In this document: positions 9,260 through 16,147 of the stretch, piece after piece
How positions within the stretch are numbered: the stretch's first letter is position 1
Layout: each line of letters starts with the position of its first letter
From: Candidatus Zambryskiibacteriota bacterium
GTDB lineage: Bacteria > Patescibacteriota > Minisyncoccia > Phycocordibacterales > WO2-35-19
Direction: 5' to 3'
Assembly: GCA_048499675.1 (NCBI GenBank)
Contig: JASNZL010000002.1
Coordinates: 40,138-104,137, forward strand
DNA length: 64,000 nucleotides
Notes under the pieces: generated by a model
The model's input: only the letters and a program-made list of their open reading frames with translations
What the model was told of the DNA's origin: nothing
Database searches by the model: none
Made by a program: the position numbers and the translations under genes

Positions 9260-9299
9260 TTCGAATCCCTCACTCTCCGCTTGAGCTTCGCGAAAGCGG
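9260..9299 (+). repeat. 40-bp duplicate of tRNA-Ser 3-prime end (T-loop to end) plus 20 nt downstream
   Basis: Identical to 9105-9144 (ttcgaatccctcactctccgcttgagcttcgcgaaagcgg). Confidence 0.85.
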
Positions 9300-9351
9300 T
9301 GTGTATTGGACGAAGTTCGAATGTATTTCGGACAAAATCCGCAGGATTTTG

Positions 9352-9490
9352 ACGAATGACACTTGCGCCTCGCGCTCCCTTCGGTCGCGAACCAAAACCA
9401 AAAATTTCCTTACCAATCCTTTTTCGGCGGGGGGTGTGGGGGGAGCCGGCAAAAAATGGAAAGGAAAATTTTTGGTTTTGGTTCCGACGC
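9352..9490. repeat. left copy of an imperfect inverted repeat bracketing the 9.5-14.65 kb cargo; internally a 21-bp-stem hairpin with a G-rich loop
   Basis: Its reverse complement matches 14660-14795 (~85%); inner stem gaaccaaaaccaaaaatttcc / ggaaaatttttggttttggttc; loop contains cggcggggggtgtggggggagccggc. Confidence 0.75.
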
Positions 9491-9552
9491 TTCATAAATA
9501 CAGTATATGGCAATTTGGAATAATACACAATGGAATATTATTATATAAATAT

Positions 9553-9774
9553 ATGCCAAGAGCAATTTATCAAGATGACCACAAGAAAATCGTTGAGCGC
9601 TTGAAACAAGCACGGCTTGAGGTTGGTCTTGGGCAGGTTGAAGTTGCTGAGAAGCTTGGTAGAACTCAGTCGTATGTCTCAAAGATTGAATCAGGGCAAC
9701 GGCGCTTTGATGTTTTGCAACTCAAAGAGTTTGCAAAACTTTATAAAAAATCCTTGGATTTTTTTGTTAAATAA
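9553..9774 (+). CDS. XRE-family helix-turn-helix transcriptional regulator (C-protein-like)
   Basis: LKQARLEVGLGQVEVAEKLGRTQSYVSKIESGQRRFDVLQLKEFAKLY is a classic Cro/C1 HTH; the start is placed at the internal ATG because the upstream part of the track ORF lies in the repeat. Confidence 0.7.
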   Translation: MPRAIYQDDHKKIVERLKQARLEVGLGQVEVAEKLGRTQSYVSKIESGQRRFDVLQLKEFAKLYKKSLDFFVK

Positions 9775-9775
9775 C

Positions 9776-10858
9776 ATGAATCATAACCATGAAATTATAA
9801 TTACTAAGCAAGATGTTGTTCCGTACATCTATTTTGTATGTTCAATGGCTCAACGAGGCAGGATGTATGGGGGTCTTAGTGGAAAAAGTGATTATATTGG
9901 AGGGGTTTTTGATCGTTGGATAAATATAATTCCCGAAAGTGTAATTTTCAACAAATATTTTTTGCCCAGAATAGCCAATAATCTATCTGTCATTTCTGAC
10001 TATTATGAGTACGACCCAAAGAAATCCGGCATAGCCCCTGATGTGCTTGGTATAAGAGCTGGTCAAGACGCTAAGCCTTTTGTTGAATATGTAAATAAAT
10101 GGCAAGCATTAAATAATGCACCGCAAATTGAGGTAAAATCCTTCAAAAAAGCGCAGTACATGGTTAGTTTGAGGAACCAAGGGTACGACAATAAATATCT
10201 TGTCATGGTTGAAACAAATCTTGATAGCGATTACTTATTGCCTTTTTTTGAACAAACAGTCTTTAGTGAAGATGTCTACAACAAACTTAAAATGGACGAT
10301 AGAGTTTTTATAAAATCTAATGTTAACAATGACTTATCTTCCGTTACAAAAATTAATAGAAATAATACGGATTTAGGCTCACTAAAACTTATAACAGTTT
10401 GTTCAGCAAAAGATTTTATGTCTTTTTCAACTCTCTGCTCCTCAAATGAGAGCCCGATTTATGTAAAAGAAGTAAATGAAACTAGAACTGCAAAAACCAC
10501 TACAATTACAACGCCTTTATCTAATTATCTAACAAAAAATAGTAACAATTTATATAGTTGGAATAATAATTTGTTAGACAAAAATAACAAACATAAAATA
10601 CTAGATGTTTATATTGATGACATTCAAAACATTCATTTTGTAAAAAATAGTAAAAGCTCTATTACTATTACAACAACAGGTAGAGCCACTATAAATAATG
10701 TGGTTTTGGAAGCAAATAAAACCTATATTATTAAGTTCCAACTATTAGATCGTTCTTCAAACAATGGTGAGGAGTATTTTATGCATAAGTCCGTTATCGA
10801 TAAAATACCTAGTAAAGAGGACATTATGTTGGAGTCTATAAAGCAATATATAAAATAG
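9776..10858 (+). CDS. hypothetical protein, candidate restriction endonuclease partner of the adjacent methyltransferase
   Basis: 360 aa with no recognised family; weak PD...EVK pattern (IAPDVLGI ... IEVKSFKK); sits between the C-protein-like regulator and the convergent C5-MTase. Confidence 0.4.
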   Translation: MNHNHEIIITKQDVVPYIYFVCSMAQRGRMYGGLSGKSDYIGGVFDRWINIIPESVIFNKYFLPRIANNLSVISDYYEYDPKKSGIAPDVLGIRAGQDAKPFVEYVNKWQALNNAPQIEVKSFKKAQYMVSLRNQGYDNKYLVMVETNLDSDYLLPFFEQTVFSEDVYNKLKMDDRVFIKSNVNNDLSSVTKINRNNTDLGSLKLITVCSAKDFMSFSTLCSSNESPIYVKEVNETRTAKTTTITTPLSNYLTKNSNNLYSWNNNLLDKNNKHKILDVYIDDIQNIHFVKNSKSSITITTTGRATINNVVLEANKTYIIKFQLLDRSSNNGEEYFMHKSVIDKIPSKEDIMLESIKQYIK

Positions 10859-12436
10859 TTATTGCATTGCTCGCATCATTTCTTTTGCCACAGCTTCAAT
10901 AACAGGAACACTAACGGAATTTCCAGCTTGTTTGTATAGTGCCGAATCAGAAATTTTTGGAAGTTTGTAATTTTTTGGAAAGCCTTGAATTCTAAAACAC
11001 TCTAACGGAGTCAATTTTCGTATACCCTTTTTATCTTTTATGATTGGCACATTATGTCCACCTGTCCCCATGTTTGCAGTTAAAGTTGGGCAAACACCAC
11101 TTTTATTTTCTCTAACATATTGTCTGCGCCATTGATACACTTTACCTTCTTCCTTTACGTCATTTTTTAATCTTTCATATAATGGCTTGCCATTATAGTA
11201 ATATTTTTCAGGCACGTTTTTCTCCAATAGATCGGTTACTTTTTTCGTGAGCTTTATTGGTTTTGGAAACTCAAACTTATCAAAGTAGTTTTTATTTTTG
11301 AACCCTACAATATAGATACGCTCTCGATTTTGTGGCACATTTCCATACTCCATAGTATTTAGAACTTTTGATTTTACAAAGTATCCAAGATCTTCAAGTG
11401 TTTTTTCTATAACCTCAAAAGTTTTCCCCGAATCATGGCTCTTTAGATTTTTTACATTTTCAAGCAAAAAGCCTTCTGGTTTTCGTGCCTCAATGATCCT
11501 TGCAATATCGAAAAATAAATTTCCTCTATCCTTTTTATCTTTAAAGCCGTGCCTATATCCAGCAATAGAAAAAGCTTGGCAAGGGAAACCTCCTAAAAGA
11601 AAATCAAATTTAGGCAAATCATCAATTCCAATTTTTCGTATATCCTCAACTATTAATTTTGAATCTTTAAAATTAAGATCGTATGTATCTTTACATTGTG
11701 GTTCAAAGTCATTAGCAAAAACTGTTTGGAATCCAGCATTTTCAAAACCGATCCTTATCCCTCCTACACCCGCAAATAAATCTATTGTATTAAAACCATG
11801 TTTAGTTTTTTGTTTTGGCTTGAATTCTTCTTCGAACTGTATATTTCTAATTACTTGGACAACAACACCCCGAACTTCAACCTCTTTTCTATAAAATGGG
11901 AGCATTGATTGATTTCTCGGTTCAAGCCTAAACCGTGATTTTTCTCTATACAACTTTTTGAGTGTTGCTTCATTATCATCAATAATTGCAACGACTGTTT
12001 GTCCATTTTCTGCAACAGACTGTTTTTTTATCACAACAACATCTCCGTCAAAAATACCCTCGTCAATCATACTTTCTCCGACAACTCGTAGAGCATAATA
12101 ATCTTTAGAGTTTTGTATATTAGGATCAACAAGAGAGATAAAATCTTCTCGATTTTCTATTGCCTCAATAGGCTGTCCTGCCGCAATATTGCCTAAAATC
12201 GGAATTTCAACAACAGATTTTATTTCTTTCATGAGAGATAAACTTCTTGGAGAATTTTCAGACCTTGAAATATACCCCTTTGCCTCTAGGGAATTGATAT
12301 GCTCGTGAATGGTGGAAACTGCTTTTAGTTTTAGCTCTTTCCTGATCTCTTCAATCGTTGGGGAAATACCATTTTCAGAGATATATGTTTTTATAAAATC
12401 AAAAACCTGTTTTTGCTTTTTTGTAAGTTTAGACAT
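10859..12436 (-). CDS. fusion protein: complete LexA-like repressor (wHTH + S24 peptidase) fused to a Dcm-type DNA cytosine-5 methyltransferase
   Basis: N-terminal ~200 aa is LexA-like: MSKLTKKQKQVFDFIK...EIRKEL...EAKGYI, IAAG cleavage-site context, GESM serine, LKKL lysine, VVAII..ATLKKLYRE. C-terminal ~320 aa has m5C MTase motifs: DLFAGVGG (I), GGFPCQAFSIAG (IV), LLENV (VI), QNRERIY (VIII), GNSVSVPV (X). Confidence 0.8.
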   Translation of the reverse strand: MSKLTKKQKQVFDFIKTYISENGISPTIEEIRKELKLKAVSTIHEHINSLEAKGYISRSENSPRSLSLMKEIKSVVEIPILGNIAAGQPIEAIENREDFISLVDPNIQNSKDYYALRVVGESMIDEGIFDGDVVVIKKQSVAENGQTVVAIIDDNEATLKKLYREKSRFRLEPRNQSMLPFYRKEVEVRGVVVQVIRNIQFEEEFKPKQKTKHGFNTIDLFAGVGGIRIGFENAGFQTVFANDFEPQCKDTYDLNFKDSKLIVEDIRKIGIDDLPKFDFLLGGFPCQAFSIAGYRHGFKDKKDRGNLFFDIARIIEARKPEGFLLENVKNLKSHDSGKTFEVIEKTLEDLGYFVKSKVLNTMEYGNVPQNRERIYIVGFKNKNYFDKFEFPKPIKLTKKVTDLLEKNVPEKYYYNGKPLYERLKNDVKEEGKVYQWRRQYVRENKSGVCPTLTANMGTGGHNVPIIKDKKGIRKLTPLECFRIQGFPKNYKLPKISDSALYKQAGNSVSVPVIEAVAKEMMRAMQ

Positions 12437-12522
12437 ATTGCATTAAAAATTCATTTGCGCTACAATTTCATTGTAACCGAAAAGAAGCCGAAAAGTAAAG
12501 CGAGATTATCCACAATAATATT

Positions 12523-13764
12523 ATGAACGAACATTTTGAAAAATTTATAGATAATATCTCCCTGACTAAAAATCAAAGAGATGATTCTCTTACAAAATAT
12601 ATTGGAATATGCAAAACTCTGAATTCTGAATTCTACAGCTCAGAATATTCTGACTCTGTGAAGTTTTTGTTTGGCTCCTATAAGAAGAAAACAACCATTT
12701 CACATACAGGAAAAGATGTTGATGTTATTTTTAAAATCCCACAAGAAAAATTTGAAGAGTACCAAAAGCAAGAAAATGGACCCTCTAACCTGTTGACCAA
12801 AGTTAAAAATACTCTGAAAGACACTTATTCAACTACAGACAAAATAAAAAATTGGACAAAAGTGGTGGTGGTTGATTTCTCTACTTTTAAGGTAGAGATA
12901 CTCCCTGCGCTTGAAAAAGATGATGGTAAATTTATTGTTCCCAACACTGGAGATGGAGAAGATTGGATTATTTTTGATCCAAAAAGCGAAATAACGAGTT
13001 TTAAAAATTCAAATAACTCAAACAATGGGTTAACAAGAAACTTAATTAAAATTATCAAGAAATGGAAAATTGAAACAGGAAACGTAAATATAAAAACTTA
13101 CATTTTGGATAAGTACGTCATAGATTTTTTGAGTAATTATTCTTTTGCAAGTTATCCGAAAACCATTTTAGATTTTTTTGAATATTTGCATAAAAAAGAA
13201 AGTGGAACAAATATAGAAACAGCAAAAAATAGAGCAAAAAAAGCATATGCTTTTTACGAAGAAAACAATATTGAAAAGGCGGTAGAAGAATATCAAAAAA
13301 TCTTTGTGAATGGTTTCCCTAGAAATATTAAAAAAGAAGTTGGTGACTTTACAGATTACGTTAAAGCTCCAAATGAACAATTCATAGAAGATTTTTTTAG
13401 AGTTTCTTTAGATAAAAAAATAGACATTAATATTGAAACACGATGTAAACCTAAAAAAGGAGGCTTTATGAAGAGCATATTGTTGAGTAGATTACCAAAT
13501 GGTTGGGTATCTAAAAAAGATGATCTTGAGTTCGTTCTTAATACTAAAAACTTATCTGGGGAGTACTTAACTAAATGGAAAGTAAGAAATTTTGGCGAAG
13601 AAGCAACAAGAGATGGTAAACTCAGGGGAGAGATACTTGAGGATAATAATGGGATTCATAAATATAAAGACGGTGCGGCATTTTATGGAGAACATTTTTT
13701 AGAGTGTTACATTATTCAAAATAATATATGTATCGCGAGAAAAAGAGTTGTTGTACCAATATAG
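12523..13764 (+). CDS. pol-beta-superfamily nucleotidyltransferase resembling CD-NTase/SMODS (cGAS/DncV-like)
   Basis: FLFGSYKKKTTISHTGKDVDVIF fits the GS-x(9-13)-DhD signature, with a third acidic strand VVVVDFSTFKVEILPA; 413 aa; followed by a 2-TM partner. Confidence 0.45.
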   Translation: MNEHFEKFIDNISLTKNQRDDSLTKYIGICKTLNSEFYSSEYSDSVKFLFGSYKKKTTISHTGKDVDVIFKIPQEKFEEYQKQENGPSNLLTKVKNTLKDTYSTTDKIKNWTKVVVVDFSTFKVEILPALEKDDGKFIVPNTGDGEDWIIFDPKSEITSFKNSNNSNNGLTRNLIKIIKKWKIETGNVNIKTYILDKYVIDFLSNYSFASYPKTILDFFEYLHKKESGTNIETAKNRAKKAYAFYEENNIEKAVEEYQKIFVNGFPRNIKKEVGDFTDYVKAPNEQFIEDFFRVSLDKKIDINIETRCKPKKGGFMKSILLSRLPNGWVSKKDDLEFVLNTKNLSGEYLTKWKVRNFGEEATRDGKLRGEILEDNNGIHKYKDGAAFYGEHFLECYIIQNNICIARKRVVVPI

Positions 13765-13768
13765 AAAT

Positions 13769-14332
13769 ATGGATAAAAACAATCTATCAATCATAAGGCA
13801 ACAGTTTGCACAATGTGTGTTTACTCACAAGGTCTTGGAAAAGGCTTCTGATAGACTTGAGAAAGTAAATACGAAGATCAAATGGGCTAACGTCATAATT
13901 TTAGCCCTTGTTGTGGTTTTTCTTGTATTGCCAATTAGATTTCCTGAGTACTCATTTTTGAATGATGTCGCTATAGCCATAACAGTCTTTGAAATTTTAT
14001 TTGTCTATTTTCAAAAGGAATTTTCTTTTGAAGAAAAAGCAAAAGATCACAAAAAATTTGCCTTAAAATTTCTAGAGCTTCGTGATAAGTACAAAAATTT
14101 TATTGTTGATATAACAAACGGATTAGATAGTGGAGAAATCAGAACAAAGAGAGACCTTTTACAAGAACAGTATCAGATTATTAGTAGTTTAACCCCACAA
14201 ACTGAGTATATTGACTATAAAGAAGCGCAACTTGCTTTGTTGGGAAAAAATATTTCTGATGAAGAATTTACATGGTCTGACAAAGAGATAGATCGTTTTT
14301 TACCGAAAGAGTTAAGATTCGAAGAAGATTAA
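13769..14332 (+). CDS. small 2-TM protein, candidate SLATT-like effector partnered with the nucleotidyltransferase
   Basis: Two hydrophobic helices (WANVIILALVVVFLVLPI, VAIAITVFEILFVYF) then a charged C-term; overlaps the end of the upstream gene, suggesting coupling; an alternative TTG start lies at 13748. Confidence 0.4.
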   Translation: MDKNNLSIIRQQFAQCVFTHKVLEKASDRLEKVNTKIKWANVIILALVVVFLVLPIRFPEYSFLNDVAIAITVFEILFVYFQKEFSFEEKAKDHKKFALKFLELRDKYKNFIVDITNGLDSGEIRTKRDLLQEQYQIISSLTPQTEYIDYKEAQLALLGKNISDEEFTWSDKEIDRFLPKELRFEED

Positions 14333-14390
14333 AGAGGGTTTCGCTTGCGCGCGCATGGGAGGGTTGGGGCAAGCGCAATATGATTTGCTT

Positions 14391-14426
14391 GTGCCATTCG
14401 TCAGTTTGGCACAATCCGCTTTTTTA
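14391..14426 (+). terminator. rho-independent terminator after the 2-TM gene
   Basis: gtgcca-ttcgtcagtt-tggcac then aatccgctttttt. Confidence 0.5.
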
Positions 14427-14659
14427 GAGTTACCACGAACGCCGTCGAAGTCACAGAGCGAACACGAAGCAAGTACCGAGCAGGCATCGTGAGCGAATGC
14501 GAACGGCAAATGCGAGGTGATTGCGAAGTGTGAGCGGACGACAGAGCTATCACAAAACGCGGAGAGGAAGCGCCTCGCCCGACGCGAATGACGGAGAAAA
14601 GGACGGACGGAATATTGCCACCATGCTAAAATATACATACGAGTCCTTTTTGGAGGAAT

Positions 14660-14795
14660 GAAGCGGCGGAAACAAAACCATAAAATTTCCTTTCATTTTT
14701 TGAGCGGCTCCCCCCACACCCCCCGCCGAAAATGGATAGGTAAGGAAATTTTTGGTTTTGGTTCGCGACCGCAGGGAGCGAGGCGCGCACTGTTC
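14660..14795. repeat. right copy of the inverted hairpin repeat (partner of 9352-9490)
   Basis: ggaaacaaaaccataaaatttcc ... ggaaatttttggttttggttc stem with loop gagcggctccccccacaccccccgccg. Confidence 0.75.
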
Positions 14796-14921
14796 GCTTC
14801 ACCACGCCTGCCTGCGCCGAGGCTTCGGCAGGCAGGCAATCCGAGCGTACGATTTGGGTTCAAAGCCACCACGCGCTCCGCGCGTGCGAAGTGGGTTCGG
14901 GCAAAGGTTAGTATCTCACCG

Positions 14922-15055
14922 CTTGAGCTTCGCGAAAGCGGAGAGTGAGGTCTAGCTTTTGTGCAACAAAAGCGTAAGACGGATTCGAAGCCCGATTGAG
15001 ATTTTTTAGGAGGGCAACGAACTAAAAAATCCAATTGGGGTACTGAAACTGTAAG
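14922..15055 (+). repeat. second copy of the 134-bp tRNA-Ser-downstream element, followed by a tRNA-like 3-prime fragment with encoded CCA (15056-15079)
   Basis: cttgagcttcgcgaaagcggagagtgagg...ggggtactgaaactgtaag, then tttcgactcctgtcccatccacca, which parses as T-loop, T-stem 3-prime, 7-nt acceptor 3-prime, discriminator and CCA. Confidence 0.75.
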
Positions 15056-15094
15056 TTTCGACTCCTGTCCCATCCACCAAGTTTTACATTCAGC

Positions 15095-15127
15095 AAAAAG
15101 AGCGGGTTACTTCCGCTCCTTTTTGGG
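15095..15127. terminator. bidirectional terminator hairpin (gagcgg / ccgctc) with T runs on both strands
   Basis: aaaaagagcgggttacttccgctcctttttggg. Confidence 0.5.
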
Positions 15128-15130
15128 TTT

Positions 15131-15349
15131 TCAGACCCGAATGTGCTTGGCGAGCCAAGGAGTCTCTCTCGGTTGCTCGGGTAGTCCAACAAGAACAAAC
15201 CCTGAGTCAAAACGAGTTTGCTCGCGACGATTGTGTTCATCCCGTTGACCGTTGGCCTGAAATCCGCTTTCCGCAAGCAGATTCGTACCGCAACGGTCAC
15301 AAGCATCTCTTGACTCGAACTTACATGGACACACACTAGCATTTGGCAT
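15131..15349 (-). CDS. small Cys-containing protein in a GC-rich segment (possible zinc-binding)
   Basis: 72 aa MPNASVCPCKFESRDACDRCG...; SD-like gagagggg 4-5 nt upstream of the ATG; terminator directly downstream; GC content far above the local norm. Confidence 0.35.
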   Translation of the reverse strand: MPNASVCPCKFESRDACDRCGTNLLAESGFQANGQRDEHNRREQTRFDSGFVLVGLPEQPRETPWLAKHIRV

Positions 15350-15521
15350 TTTTCCCCTCTCTTTCTAGCGCTCCCGCAAGAGCATCTGTATTAATATTAC
15401 CACAAAAAGCACACTTACGCAAACAACTGTGGATATTGTTATGCCGGCTTAATTTGATAGAATTATAAATATTACTACTAATAAAGTTTCTAACTATTTA
15501 TAAGCATTTTTAACTAAAATT

Positions 15522-15890
15522 ATGGAAGAACAAAACAACACAACCCAAAATGAGTCACCAAAAACAGAGGAGGTGATAAAAATAGAAGCGCCCCGCAAAG
15601 AAAATTTATGGGCAATACTTTGTTATCTAGGAATTCTTATTATCATTCCATTTTTAATAGCAAAAAATAATTCTTTTGTTAAATACCACATCAAACAAGG
15701 TTTGGTTTTGCTTGCCCTATCATTTATCGCTTGGTTACTTCCGATGACTCACGATTCTTTTGATTTTGTTTCTGGCATAATAAATATTGCAATATTTATA
15801 CTATCAATAATTGGTATAATAAACGTAGTTCAAAACAGAGAAAAGGAATTGCCTCTTGTTGGTCAATTTTCAAAATATTTTAAATTTTAA
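15522..15890 (+). CDS. small membrane protein (DUF4870-like topology)
   Basis: 122 aa, 3 TM helices, acidic N-term. Confidence 0.45.
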   Translation: MEEQNNTTQNESPKTEEVIKIEAPRKENLWAILCYLGILIIIPFLIAKNNSFVKYHIKQGLVLLALSFIAWLLPMTHDSFDFVSGIINIAIFILSIIGIINVVQNREKELPLVGQFSKYFKF

Positions 15891-15892
15891 TT

Positions 15893-16147
15893 ATGAACAA
15901 CAAACCACTAATTATTACGCTTGTCATCGTCATTTTTATCCTAGGGGGATTATTTTACATTTACAATCCTGAACCGGTAGAAATAGGTAATAATGAAGAA
16001 GAAAATGTTGTTTGTACCATGGATGCACTACTATGTCCTGATGGAAGTTATGTAGGTAGAGTTCCGCCAGATTGTCAGTTTGAAGCTTGCCCAATTCCAG
16101 ACGATGCTGTTATGGAAGATGGAGTAATATTAGATGACAACAATTAA
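15893..16147 (+). CDS. small secreted/anchored Cys-rich protein
   Basis: 84 aa, N-terminal TM, CTMDALLCPDG...PPDCQFEACP. Confidence 0.4.
   Translation: MNNKPLIITLVIVIFILGGLFYIYNPEPVEIGNNEEENVVCTMDALLCPDGSYVGRVPPDCQFEACPIPDDAVMEDGVILDDNN

Noticed and set aside
9301-9552. N-terminal 84 codons of the XRE ORF
   Set aside because: This stretch overlaps the duplicated tRNA end and the inverted hairpin repeat and encodes low-complexity sequence; the HTH domain starts at the internal ATG at 9553
9617-9775. Upstream extension of ORF 9617-10858
   Set aside because: Overlaps the XRE gene in another frame; the ATG at 9776, immediately after the XRE stop, is the more plausible start
14312-14638. 108-aa minus-strand ORF in the GC-rich repeat block
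   Set aside because: Produced by low-complexity GCGAA-type repeats; no RBS; composition-driven
15022-15342. 106-aa minus-strand ORF
   Set aside because: Overlaps the better-supported 15131-15349 ORF (which has an RBS) in another frame and runs through the terminator and tRNA-like fragment
14340-15450. RNase P RNA, tmRNA or SRP RNA in the GC-rich block
   Set aside because: I looked for GGAAAGTCCGG / AGGGTGAAA (RNase P), a tag reading frame with tRNA-like ends (tmRNA), and AGGUCCGGAAGGAAGCAGC (SRP). None was present. Only an isolated tRNA-like 3-prime end with CCA was found.
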